Positions 49,774 through 63,497 of a stretch of 64,000 nt of DNA are shown piece by piece. Both the position numbers and the translations under genes were made by a program. Origin of the DNA: Adineta vaga (Eukaryota; Animalia; Rotifera); the NCBI GenBank assembly GCA_021613535.1, contig CP075492.1:6014001-6078000 (forward strand), given 5' to 3'. The notes beneath the pieces were generated by a model, which saw nothing but the letters and a program-made list of their open reading frames with translations, ran no database searches and had not been told where the DNA came from. The first letter of the stretch is position 1, and each line of letters begins with the position of its first letter.

Positions 49774-52700
49774 TTATATATATATCGGAGCTTCTTGGCC
49801 TGTTAATAGACGATACATTTGAGTTGGCATAGTTTTCATTCGAAGCTAAATAAAAAATTTAAAAAAAGAGAATTATCTTTTAATCTCATCAAAAGAAAAA
49901 TCACTAACTTCACCGATGGAATGCGATAACATATTAACGATTCGTTCGTGAGGTGTAACGACAACACTTTGACCATTGATTTCAATAATACGATGGCCAA
50001 CACGAACACCGCCACGCTCGGCAATACCACCACGAAGAAGACTACAGATCTATGATGAGAGAATAGAATGAGATTAAACAATTGTTCAGTACGATTTCGT
50101 TCATTCATTCATTCAACTCATTAGATTAGACATAATTACTATTAGTTAACTACTTACAATGCCATTTTGTACACTAAAACCAAGCTAGAAATGAGAAAAA
50201 TGATAAAAGAATTCCGACAAATTTCCAAGTTTACTTGATATTTTGTATCCGGTCGTCGAATTAATACTTCGACAACAGGTGGACATGGAACAACAACAAA
50301 ACGGACGGTAGTTAAATGCTTCATATTCTAAATCAGACACATGATTTATCATTCGAGAAAAAAAGGAGAACAAATCTATACTTTTATTTGAGTTTGACAA
50401 GTTGATAATGGTAATCCAACCATACTAATACCATTCACTGAGATTATTTGATCACCAATATTCAACTGTCCACCTCTATTCATGAAATTTTAGTTTTACA
50501 AAATAGTTTCATCATACACCACTAACCTTGCTGCAGGTCCACCTGGCATTAAATTTGCAATGACAACCGTCGGTAACATGGATCCCCAACCACTTTCAAC
50601 AATAACAATACCTAATGGTTCATTTTTTGTTTTAGTAACGATAGCCTATTAAAAAAAACACAAGTATCAATTAAAAACTACAAGATCTTCTCCATCTTAT
50701 ATTTCACCTCTTTTTGACATTCTTTCTTGGAAAATCGATCTAGTTCTTCAATTGCAATTTCTTGTTGATCAAGAACTTCTTGATAATCAATATCACGTGT
50801 AAAACTTGGATCATCAATGCCATTGGCTTTTAAAAATTCAACATATGCAACTTGAAATGCTTGTCCAATTGAATGAGCTATGGATTGAGCCTAAAGATAA
50901 ATCCAAACGTAACATTACTAATCAACTCGAATCGATTCTTTAACTCACTTCATCAGATTCAAATACATGGCAAATTAATTTTTGATTAATAGAAACAACA
51001 CGTCGTGTTGCTGATCCATTCGTATCATCACTTCCATCTCCATTGTTATCATTCTGTATATACCTTCGTTTTGCCATTAATACTACTAAATCACCAATAT
51101 CCGCTAAACAATAATAACGAAAAAAAAACGATCACTTTACAATTGAAAACAATCATTATCTTTACTAACCAATATATGATATTGATCGTAATGAATGATC
51201 CATTAGAATATCTTCTAAATCAGTATTTAAAACCATAATTTTCTCTGTGGATATAAATAAATCCACTTCAACCGATGGTTGACTTTCGCCATAGGGTGCT
51301 TTAATTCGTTCGACTGCTTCTTGAGCTTGCATCATTCGTGATACTTTTGATGGATTACCTTCAACTCGTAATTGAGTTGAACCCAAATATCGACAACGAA
51401 ATAAAACGCCTTCGATTAACACTGAAGAATTTTCTGGATCAGCAATAATTCGAGTAATAACTAATAAGGAAAAATAACGATCAATGATTTCGATTTATCA
51501 CAAACAAGTCTCTTCACATGCAATAAATAGACAGACCAAAAAACAACAATAACAACATCAATTTTTTTTACAAATAGATACTTACAAAAGAAAAAATATT
51601 ATGAATGGTTCTCTTAAAACTCGTGATAAAATAAAATAAGAGAGAGAAAAAAATAGACTTTTAATTCAATTCAGATACGTACCCTCGCGTGATCTCGATG
51701 GTTTTGACACAGCCTATCAAAAATAAGATAGATTTATAGACTTTTCCATTTCATCATATTATTAATTTAACATACCGCATCACGAATAGCATCATTTTTG
51801 ACATTGATTCGATGTTCATTACTAAGTAATTTATCGGTTTCTTCATCAGTATCATAATCTAACAGACGAGGAAAAAAAGAAAAGATTATTGACTTAGTTA
51901 TTAATTTTCATGCTAATTAACGGTATCATAACAAAAAAAGATGGGGAAAATGAGCATGCGAAACTAACCCTTCTTTCGTTGTTTTATATCTAAAGTATTT
52001 ATTTTGTGAATAAATCCTTTCTGAAAATTGAAATTACCTGTTGGAATAGTTGATGATTCTTCTACAATATTTCTATGCTGTTGATTTGCTTGAGTAGTGG
52101 TTGATACAGGTACTTGTGATCGAATAGAAGAAGTTTTAACTTGAGATTCAGATTCATGTTGAGTTGATTTGGCAAATTGATGTTTATGTGAAGGTAGTAA
52201 CGATGAAGAATTCGATTGAACTAAAAAATCACTTTGAGTTGATTGATGACGATTCGTAGATTTCATTCGAACAGGTGGAGAATGTTCATCACCACTGATA
52301 TTTTCAGAATCAGATAAACCATCTTCCAATACAGGCATGCCTAAACAAGAAATATGAATAAATGAGATTCATGTATAAAGTGAAAGTTTTTGAATACTTA
52401 CTGACAGCTGTATTGGACTTTATACTATCAATCGAAATAATACTATCGGCATCATTGGTTCCACCACCATCACCGTCGGATAATAAATCTGGTGATAAGC
52501 GAGATAGACTACCATTGATTACTTGAAGATTATGATGAAGTGAAGATGATGATGATAATAATTTATTAGCTGAGGACGTCTTTTTCTGACTTTCATTTCC
52601 AATTATATCTGATGGTTTAATCGAATCAACAGTGATTGATGAAGGAATTTCAATATGTTCTCTTGTGGGAGTTGTCAACATTGATGAAAAATTATCTAAA

Positions 52701-53010
52701 CAGAACTTATAGCTTTTCATTCGAATCATATCTTTCAATGATCATACCTGACAGTGATGCATGCTCTTGTAAAAGACGAGCTGCAATTGTCTGCTGTTGT
52801 TGTGCATAATAAGCCGATAGACCTTGGGAACCATATTGTTGTTCGAGTAATAATGGATCATAGGTTGGATAGAATGATGGTAGATTATTTGTAGGTGGTG
52901 GATAAGGTAGATACAATCCAGGATGTTGATGTGGAAATGGATAAACTCCCGCAGACCATAATGGCTGACCATACGGATCAAATGTAGTTGGAGGCATAAC
53001 TGGACGATAT

Positions 53011-53043
<33 letters not shown>

Positions 53044-54743
53044 TGATGATGATGATGATGGTGATATCCGTTTTGCATTGTTTCTTCATTTGCTGAATCT
53101 GCATTGATGGAATCAGGTGTCATTTCACGTGAGAAATGACCGTTTTTTGCATTAGTAGATGAAGTAATATCGAATAATCGTAAATCATTTTGAGTTAATT
53201 GTGATGGTTTAGTCGTTGTTCGACGCATTTGTGTTGCAATAGTTTCAAGATTTTTTTCTAATGCTGCATCAACACGTTTGGTTCCAGAAGAATTAATGGA
53301 TGTCAATGAAACAGGTTTAGCTAAACCGGGACCATTGATAGGTGAAGATCGATCAGATATTGATTGATTTTCATCTAAATAAATAGAAGTTAATCTTTTT
53401 TTTTTCGAACAAAGAAATAGATATTCTTACGACGAGCATTAAGATTCATTGGTGATCCTCGACCATCATTTTTCATTGCTAATGATGTCGACAACGATGC
53501 ATTATTATGATCGGATGTTATATCAGTTGCAGACGAAGAAAGTGATTTTGGAATGTTATTATCAATCTATTTAGAACAAGCAAACAAGAATGAGCAAGTG
53601 TTAATTCAAGGAAAATAACAAAAAATATGTGACGCTGTATGTATAGACTATGTTCTAACCTTGATTTAGTAATAATATGGGTGACATATGTATACATTTC
53701 GAATCTGTTATGTTTTAAAAACAAGAAAAACAATTAAACACATCGAGACAGACGAAGAAGTCTTAGAGTTTACTTATAGACAATAGAGAATGAAATAAAA
53801 GTACTCTTGAATCGACTTATGATGAACTATTGCAATCGATCAACACATGCAATTAGAAGGATGAGTTGATTCGACACTCATGCTAGCTGTTCTTTCTCTG
53901 TTCACAGACAGACATTACTGATTCACGCTGACATATACTCTTTTTTTTTCAATTAAACAAAGAGATCGATACTCGAGATAAAGCAATCATGCAAACTTTT
54001 TCTTTGTTGTTGTGTGCCTTATCTCATGAGATTGAAGAATATAAACGAAAAACTTACACGTTGGTTTTGATGATAATGGTGTTTATGACGAGATTTTGTT
54101 CTCGTCATATCAGTTATCGATAAGGACAGCATATGCTAGTTATATTGAGTCATTCAACTTCAGAATATATTAATGCTAGTCTATGGATCTATCTTGTTCT
54201 TCTCTTTCTTTTCTTCTTCGTCTCTTATTCTCTTTTTTTCTGCTTCAATCCATCTGTCAATGCAAAGGAAGGGAAAAAAATCTTTAGAGAATGAGCCGAT
54301 GAATTCTTCTTTATCAATCTATATGCTAAAAAGTAGTTCTGATGCTCATCAAACGGCAACAAAAGGAGAGAACGAATGACATTTGATTAACATTAAAGAC
54401 CAACAATATTTTTGAACAACGGAAGTAGGATATTTCTTTTTTCTTTTGGTCGAAACTGCCAATAGAATTGTACAAAAGAAATGAAAATTAGACAGATGTG
54501 CGGATTGGAATATGCTCAAGGGTATATGCATGTCTATCACTGATGGACACTTGTGATATCAACAAGAAAAACAAGAAAGAAGATGAATGAGATCAAAGAG
54601 TTCATCAAATGACCGTCTACTGTAGAGACAAATTGAATTACCTGTACATTTGTTGATGTAACTGAATCTTCATTTTTGTCTTCAATAATTTCTTCATTAA
54701 CATCACTACTATTAACAGCATTGGATGATTGAAGATGTTCCAT
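49774..54743 (-). CDS. APBA: Mint/X11/LIN-10 (APBA) adaptor: PTB + 2 PDZ domains
   Basis: [70 protein letters not shown] and C-terminal [14 protein letters not shown]. First exon uncertain. Confidence 0.93.
53011..53063 (-). repeat. Coding poly-His/poly-Gln trinucleotide repeat in the Mint N-terminus
   Basis: (CAT)n followed by CAA/CAG runs on the minus strand: [17 protein letters not shown]. Confidence 0.85.
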
Positions 54744-54977
54744 TGTGTTAATTCTTCATGTATTCGTGATGAGGATACTAAAAAGTAAACTAATAGAAAT
54801 AAATCAATGTATTTTCAGGACAATGTGAGAATATTATAAAAGGAAACAAATTCAATTGGATTCTGATTTTGATTCTTTTCTTCATAAACTCCTAGCTGAT
54901 GCGATAAATTGATTGAATTAATATCTAATAAAAAGTCTCTAAGAAGTGACAGCAACAAGTCTGTAAAAGTTGAAAGC

Positions 54978-55172
54978 AAAGAAGAAGGAGGAGAAGAAGA
55001 AGCAGAAGAAGAAGAAGAAGAGAAGTATCTAAGTCTCAGATTATGAAAAATTCAAGACGGCAATATAGTTGCACGTGTATTATTATTCATTGGTCAATGA
55101 TGATAATGATGAAAAGGAGAAAGAAAATGGAGTAAAAATCGTAATAGAAGAAAAAGAAGAAGAAGAAGAAGA
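54978..55172. repeat. (GAA)n purine-rich tracts upstream of Mint
   Basis: gaagaagaagaagaag runs at about 54981-55025 and 55147-55172. Confidence 0.7.
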
Positions 55173-55855
55173 CGCGGTGCATCAGGAGCAGTAAGGAAAT
55201 AAAGGAAAAAAACGAAGGGGAAGAATGAAAAAGTAACGAGTATGTTGCTTATTTTCATTTGTGAGTCTTACTTTGCCGCAGGTTTTTTTTCTTCCTCTAT
55301 CTAATAATATTGATAATGATGCCATTCTAACACATTAATATTCTTTTACAGAAGTAAAACATATATTTACATATGCGTATACAGATACTAGTCGACATTT
55401 GTCGTTTAATATAAAAGAAACTGCATCGATATGAATGAAGTTAATCTCAAGTAGAGCTACAATCAAGTTTTTTAACCTCGAGAAAGAAACAAGATGAAGC
55501 AAAACGGAAGAACGAGAATATATATTGCATGTTCAATAAGTAATAGATACTCTCGTTTGGACTGGATTCTCTCATCGTTTGTATGTTGTTAGTAAGGATA
55601 AGAGTATATATCTCGAGGACTTATTCAATCGAAACATTGTTTGTCTGTTTATTTTTTTTCAATTAAACATACCCGATCAAAAATAATTGTATTGATGTTA
55701 CATACAATTCGAATTAAAACTGATCATGATCTAGAACACAAATAAATTAGAAGAACAATAAAAAAATCTGCTCGGCTGATATATTTTGTTTATTAAATAA
55801 ACACAAAAATATTATATTACAAATATCACAATGAGAAAAGAAAGCTCTTTTTACA

Positions 55856-56902
55856 TTAGCGAGGTTTTAATGTACGAATTTTTGCAAAAATATCTTGTTT
55901 TATACCTGGATTCATAATTGCTGTATAGATGGTGAGTCTATTTAGAACAGGTATCACAGATAGAACAATATCAAACATATTCTCCGATGTCATTTGTGTT
56001 GAATTAAATGTTCGAAGAATATTTTCTGCTGTTGTTCGTCTCGGATCTTTTGGTGGATCATCTAACCAATGATCGTAATTTGTTTGTACAAGTGTAGAAT
56101 TTAATTCAATTGGATTGATTGAATTCAAACGATTTCGTGTAATAAGCATTCCTGATGAATGGCCATTAGTTAGAATAAAATACACTGGAGCAATTAGATG
56201 TTGATATTGAAGTGTATCTTTCATATCTTGATAAGACATAGAAGAATTATCAAAAATAGAACGTGTTATTATAAATAATGGTAGAGAATGTAAATGTAAA
56301 ATTGACATCAATGCATTCATCCACCAATCTTTATCATTGATATCCCGTTGATTAATGCTTAAACTAAAGTATCCTGAACGTGAACTTGTCAATAAACCAA
56401 TAGAACCAGCGAAATGAACTGATTCATAAGTGAATGTTGGATCTGATTGGCGATAGAATTTTGCATGAAATGTCAAACGACGAAGTAGATCTGTATTCAA
56501 ATCAAAATCTAGATTTCGACCATGAATTATAGTGCCATTCAATGTTCGAACAAGTAAACTTGTACAAAATGTCCTCAATTCATAGACAAAATTGATCAAA
56601 ACGATATCAGCAACAGGCATCGATAGCGCTTGGGCGATAGAATAGAATTCATCATGATAAGGTTGAGGAATATGTTGATTTAATCGACTAGCAACAACTT
56701 CAGCTAAATCGATATATGCTTTTGGTATTTGATCACGAATAGCAATGTTAAATTCGTTCATTGGTTCAATGAAATTTGGTATTATATCGGACCATCGATG
56801 AATTGGATCACGATCAAGATCAATTGAAAAACTAGGAATATCCAGAGGAATATCGCTTTGTACAAGAGAAATAAATAATATATTGATTACAATAAATATC
56901 AT
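55856..56902 (-). CDS. N-acylethanolamine acid amidase / acid ceramidase family (Ntn hydrolase), intronless
   Basis: Signal peptide. YELRTF-CTS nucleophile, HGRNLDF, LIAPVYFIL, LVQTNYDHW, DPRR, PVLN..TIYT. Confidence 0.93.
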   Translation of the reverse strand: MIFIVINILFISLVQSDIPLDIPSFSIDLDRDPIHRWSDIIPNFIEPMNEFNIAIRDQIPKAYIDLAEVVASRLNQHIPQPYHDEFYSIAQALSMPVADIVLINFVYELRTFCTSLLVRTLNGTIIHGRNLDFDLNTDLLRRLTFHAKFYRQSDPTFTYESVHFAGSIGLLTSSRSGYFSLSINQRDINDKDWWMNALMSILHLHSLPLFIITRSIFDNSSMSYQDMKDTLQYQHLIAPVYFILTNGHSSGMLITRNRLNSINPIELNSTLVQTNYDHWLDDPPKDPRRTTAENILRTFNSTQMTSENMFDIVLSVIPVLNRLTIYTAIMNPGIKQDIFAKIRTLKPR

Positions 56903-56967
56903 CTAAAAATAGAATAGAACCAGTAGGAATAAATAGTTGTTGTTATTTTTTTTTTCTATTTATATTC

Positions 56968-58420
56968 TCAAAAATTCATCATTCGTTTAATAGCTTCTAA
57001 ACAACGCCATTTCGATGGAAAATAAAAAGGTTCAAAAACATGTGGAATTGGATGGATATCATAGCCACAAACACGTTCTACCGGAGCTTCCAGATTTAAA
57101 AAGCATTCTTTCTAAAAAAGAACAAAAAAGAAAACGGTTAATTACAAAGTAAATATTATTTATTTTAACATACAGCAACAGTTGCAGCTATTTCCGCACC
57201 AACTCCACCAGTAATGGGTGCTTCATGACTAATTAATAATCTACCAGTTTTACTAACTGATTGACATATTGTATCAACATCCCATGGTACAATCGTTCGT
57301 AAATCAATCAGTTCACAAGATATATTCTCTTTTGCAGCCATTTGTGCTACTTCTCGAAGTACATGAACTTGTGTTCCCCATGAGACAAGGGTAACATCGG
57401 AACCTTCTTGAATAATTTGAGCTTTCGACAATGGAATAGTATATTCCTTAATAGGTACATCTTCTTTTGCTGAACGGTAAAGAATTTTTGGTTCAAAAAA
57501 TATGCATGGATTATCATCTTTAATGCATGATATAAGTAAACCTTTAGCTTCAATGGCACTACGTGGAATAACAACCTTCAAAATTCGAAATTAAATTCAA
57601 TGAAAAACATTAAAAAAAATTCAATTCTATTTTACTTTAATGCCAGGTGTATGCATAAATTGTGCTTCAGGAGATTGTGAATGATATAATGCACCATGTC
57701 CAACTGCACCCCACGGTGCACGAATAGTTAATTTACCGCAATTAAATAAATTTTGTGAACGATATCGATATTTTGCCGCTTCATTTACGATCTGAGAAGA
57801 AAAGCATATATATATGGATAATAATATACAAATCAATCGAAATTTATTCTTACTTGATCGTATGCAGGAAATATATAATCAGCAAATTGTATTTCAGCAA
57901 TAGCTGTTGCTCCAGCTACTGCTGCACCTATTCCAAAACCAATAATACCTTGTTCACACAAGGGTGTATTGAATACACGATCAGCGCCTTTAATAGAAAT
58001 CAATGTAACACTAAAGAACAAAGAATTCTTTTTTTTTTCTAACCATATTTCGATCTCAATTCTGTTGTACACCGGAAAACACCACCAAATGCTACGTCTT
58101 CACCGAATACAACTATCATATAGAATTGATATCAATTTAAAACTTGATGAAAAAAAAAGCATATAAGTCCTACTTGCTGTATTATCGTTGCCAAGAGTAA
58201 TATCGAGCGAATTTTGAATTGTTTGACATAGATTCATTTCTTTCGTTGGACCTGATAATTAAAAGTGCATAATTAATAATAAACAAGTTCAAATAATATA
58301 CTAACCAAGAGATGCATCGGGTTGATCTTTGAAAAATGTAAAATGAGCTACATGACGCCGTGGAAAAAACGGCGAACATTTTGGTATGTTAAATATTAAA
58401 CGACGTAAAGGTAAATTCAT
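56968..58420 (-). CDS. BCKDHB: Branched-chain 2-oxo acid dehydrogenase E1 beta subunit
   Basis: Mitochondrial presequence, then [78 protein letters not shown]. Stop at 56968-56970. Confidence 0.97.
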
Positions 58421-59249
58421 CTAAATGACAAAAAAACAACATTTTTGAAAAATAAATAATGAATAATTAGAGGTAGATTAAATTATTTGTGCTCATTTAA
58501 CAATTAGACTAAACATCGATTGATTCAATTGAAAACATATAATATGGTGAGGATGAGGAAAATGAAATGAAAAGGTAGGAGTTGTTAGGACCTTCTCTTT
58601 TTTCATACGTGTAATAACAACCAATAGAATGTCGAAAAACAAAAGATGGCATTGAGGTACAACCCAAATTTTGTTCTGTTTCGTTGTTTCAAGGCATTAT
58701 TTTTTACTAATAAATTTTAACACGTTATGAATTTGAACTTTTTTCTAGGAGAAAAAGATGATTTATCCTATTCATCGTAAAGAACGATCTGATAGACATC
58801 GATTGTCTGCTTGCTTGCCGATGTGTTCGCACTTCATTGATTGGTTAGAGAATAAAGTGAAAATAGAAGTAACAATAAAATTTGACCAAGTGTAATCGAG
58901 GTCGAGAAATCTTTTGACATGAATATCGTTTTCACGAGAAAAAGCCTTTTTGTTTAATTACAATAGAAAAAAAGGTTAGATATATAACTGAAATAAAACT
59001 TTTAACAAGTTTGTAGAAGCATATCAACATTTTCATGATGATAATTCGCAATAGCTAAATCAAATTTTTCTATCATTGTTAAAATCAGCAACAAAATGAG
59101 AAAATGGTTGTGATTCATAATCAAGTGTAAATAATATTATAGTATTAAATAAATCCTCGCATTTACCTAGAAAATCTCTAAAATTATTTTTACCATTAAT
59201 TAATACGAATAATATCTTTTATTTGATCTTTATTTAAATTCTTAATAAT

Positions 59250-60830
59250 AATTGATAGTGCTCAGGATGATGATTCCGAATTAGAAAACCTCCGGAACAC
59301 ACTAGAAAACAGTAAAGATTTTCCGATCTGGAATATCGTTTCCATGAAATCACTTCAAATGTTTAGGAACCGATCATTTCCCCACCAAATTGGATTCTCC
59401 GATCTGAGATGGATATGAATCATAACTAGGAAAATAAATAATTACTGAATGAAATTCTACAGTACTACAACGAAAAAAAATACTTATTCCCTTTTATTCG
59501 CAATCGGTAATCGTGGTCGAGGATCTCGGATCTGACGTCATTTTTACTTGATTACTTATTAATTAACTAGCTAATCAAAAAATGAAGACGTTCATGTTAA
59601 CGGCTAGCCGTGTGAGTGGCTGAGCGGAGGGAGACCGACGAACGGCTAGACGTTGATTTAGAGAGTGATACTTCAGAATATGGATTTGAATGACTTTCAC
59701 TTTCTCTGTACGTTTCTTCGGAGTTACTTAATTGATGATCTACGAGAACGAATCCGACAAGATTCTGTTTCCTGAAAATGAAACCTATACTGGAGACGAC
59801 ACGATCATGCAAACTTCTAAGTCTTCAGTTATGAATTGATCTACTATGATGAGCGAATCTCTCACATTACATTCACATGATTGGAAGGAAAATAGAAAAA
59901 AGACCATGCGCGTTAGTGACTAGTAGTGAGTGACCGACGAGCGATGGAAGGTCTGCTTAAGAACCTTATAGGAAGGAAAATAAGTATGGATATTGCTTTT
60001 TTTGAGAAGTATCAAGCGATCAGATCCATGAATATTTACAAACAGCACTTGTTTTTCCTTTTCTCGTTCAATAAGTAATTTAATGATACTCTGAAATTGT
60101 GAAAAGAAGAAAAACACTTTTAAAAAGGTTTTGTGTATAAAGTTTGCTTGGACCGTGATCCGGTCAAGGTCAGGTCCAGCTTGCGGGTGTTACTTAGCGC
60201 TGTTATCATTCTGTCGGAAAAGGGTCAACGAATCCAGAAGATGAGCATTACTAGTTGGTTAAAATACTCTAGACAATCTGTGATTTTGGCATTGTATTCA
60301 TTAATATCCATAAAATACAAAATTTTCTTAAAATCGAACAATGAAACTAATTTTAGTTGTGATTCATGATATGTCAGAGAACTAACATATCCCATCGGTC
60401 CAAATGAATTAACGAAAGAAAGTTTTTTGTGAATGCAGATATGATGCATACAATGATAATTATAGTATTTTTCTCGGCGATAAATAGCTCATAATTGAAA
60501 AACAAGAAGTGAAATCGATAGAGCTCATCGAGGTGGACATGGACCCACTAAAACTAGCGTTTGAACCTGTCTACGATCGAATCCTCCCGGGCTTTTCTGA
60601 AATTTGAGCATTTTTTGGTTTTTTGGGGGGGTAAGGTTGGCTATTTTCCGAAATATTTTTTGCAATCGTTAGAGCTCGTCGAGTTCTACTTGGACCCAAT
60701 AGACTCAGAGTTGGACCCAGTCCACAGACGAACCCGTCCTGGAAAAACGCGAATCCGGTGCTAAGATATTCTACGTCTTTCTTATCTTATCATAAGAGTG
60801 AAGGGAGAGAGTTTGCTTAAACTGCACATG
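59250..60830. mobile_element. Putative non-autonomous transposon/repeat-derived DNA
   Basis: Higher GC, no spliceable gene. Internally repeated motifs tagagctc(a/g)tcgag (about 60519 and 60670), tggaccca x3 (about 60540, 60692, 60712), gaccgacga x2 and agtttgctt x2. Confidence 0.35.
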
Positions 60831-63497
60831 TATCAAAAAATTATGTTATTACGTTATGCGCATTGTGTTTGCTTTGGTATTCGCATGACGTCGTGTAGAA
60901 TATTATGCGTGAATGCAACGTAACTAAGCCGACGATTATATGCCGCATTTTTTCCATCCAATATTTATTCTTCTGTCCGATCATAGATTCAACAATGTTG
61001 CCTCTTGATAAGAGGTCAGTCAGACTAAATAATTCAAGGTGAATTAAGAAAGATAATTGGTCTTTTTCCATAGCAAAGCGAACTGTATTGGTTAATTTAG
61101 ATGTAAAAGAAGCAGATGGATATGCACAAACAAGTCTATTTATATATATATATATGAAGTCAGTCAACTGGACATCCATTTTAATCTTTGACAAATGTTG
61201 TTCGATAACAGGATGAATCTATTTTACAATAAATATGAAACAATAAATAACGAAAAAAAAATCGAATTACCAGTATGTCTCACAAATATGTTTCTATGCT
61301 TGCGATTACAAGTTATTTATTCATTACTTATTGAATCGGTTTTATCGCAATTCATCTTTGTGCCAATACAATTAATTTATATAATCTACAAAGTAATCAC
61401 TTATCATCCTTGTTGATTAGAGTTATACCATCGATACAGAAATATTTCAAATGAAGAATATTCTCATAATCGATATTATATTTTCATAAAACAAATTGCA
61501 TTAATACTCGTTTATACATTCGCTGTAATCTTCTATACATGGATACGATGCACCACTACATTTTGTACTACCACTCTGTTGACTTTTTTTCGTTGGCTAA
61601 TAGAAGCTTCTTTTGGGTTCTTCTTGGTCGACCTCTTCGATTATGGACCTCCTGTCAACCTCTTTAATCTACCGAGACCGACATATTATCCCGCGATAGT
61701 TGCGCACAAAATACTACTATTCATTAGTTTGCAATATGCTGAAACACATCCGTCGTCGACAATTAATACTATTCAGTGGTTATGCGTTCAATCCTTGTGC
61801 GAGCCAAATTTTCGCATGATTTAATAAGTTATTCAATCGGATGTAGTTGTAAAGACTAACTCATATTTTGAAGTGTTGATTATTCACTAATGTTACTGAT
61901 ATTGTCGAAATAAACGAAAAATAATCTATGTGAGCATGCAATAATATTTCTAATTTGTACTACAATATTTGAAGGTTTTTATCAGATAGAAATTAGCTTA
62001 TCCGTGTCTAATAAAAATTTCAAATTTCCTATTTATTCATTGTAAATGTCTATATTTTATTATTCTAATGTAAAGATTTTAGAGTGATAAAAAGCTTACG
62101 ATGTTTACGTCGATGATTATATTAATTAATATTGTCTCTTAATCGAATCCAAAGATCAACTTTTGATGGTATGTGAATTGGAGCTCAATTGGCATTGATT
62201 CAAATCAATCAAAGTTTAATAATTCAGTAAGATCTTCCATGGAAATTTGCTTTTTAGTGGATGGTCACGTTCAACATCATTTAAAATCAATTTCTACAGA
62301 AAATTTAATGAAAAACATTTTTAATCGATTTTTCGATATGTTTTTTTAGCTTTTCTTGTGCAATCGACCGCAAAGTAAACCTTCCTCTTATGAGGATCTT
62401 TTCGCAAACTTCGAAAAAGTCAGCAACACTCATCGAGGAAACTGGTTTTATCCTCCATTGGTTATGACTCGAATATCATTAGAAAGCGTTTCCTAGATTC
62501 TGATATATGCGTCAACACCACTTAGATATTCATTTGTAAAGAGAAAACCCATTGCTTGGTCACTTTTGTCTTTCTGCTTATAGTGCTAGTCTTTATACAT
62601 TCCATCATAGTTTTGTCCAGTATCAGATTTATGTCGCAGTCATTCGTCCGCACTTCTTTATTGCGCCACTTTCAACTGCTTGCAATCGTAACATAGAATC
62701 GGGAATTAACGTAATGTCTCTCATTCTTTTCTCTTGATATCTTTCAGTTCGTCAAACATGCTGCTGAAGCAATACTTAAAAACCTCCTTGAGTGAACGAA
62801 ACGACGCAATAATCAAATAGAAAATTACTGAAACGATGCCTCTATCTGAGAAACTAGTTACATCAGGAGAACATATCTTCAGCTCTTCCTATATTTATGT
62901 TTCTTGAATACGTGAGGAACACGCACACCGTCACCCACCCGATTACCCTTCGGTCAACCCTTCTCTAAAAGCAAGGTTTTGTCCGGAAGATTCACCCCAG
63001 GCCGAGAAAATTGAATTGGAGATTTTGAAAAACCATTGATACCAGTGGATTGCTTCGACCCCGATAACTCTCGATGACACGTTCACATAAATCTCGAAAA
63101 AATGTGTCTTCGATCCAATGTTTTATTCCCGCATACATCCTCTCTTCAGTCGAGGAACCATATTCTAAATCAGTTTGTATCGGCAACCTACATAGAAGCG
63201 TCACTTTCTGTATTGTTAAAAGAAAGTAACTTATAGCAGTTGATAACATTTGTGTTTCTAATTAGTTAGGAAAAAAATTGTTGTTGATACAAAAACTGTT
63301 CCAACAAATCTGTTGCATTGACGTAATCATGTAAACAAATAAAGCTACGATTTACATCAGAAAATCTTTTCAATGATAAAGAAAGTTCGTTGCATTAGTT
63401 TGCCACGTTTGTCAGAGTAAGACTTTAACTCGAGAGTAGCTTAGGCTTTTGATAATTAATCAGAGAGTCTGCTGCCCACGTACTCATTTCTATTTTC

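Noticed and set aside
62992-63249. ORF faintly resembling a mariner transposase N-terminus
   Set aside because: No clear WVPHEL or DD34D motifs and no TIRs. The similarity is too weak
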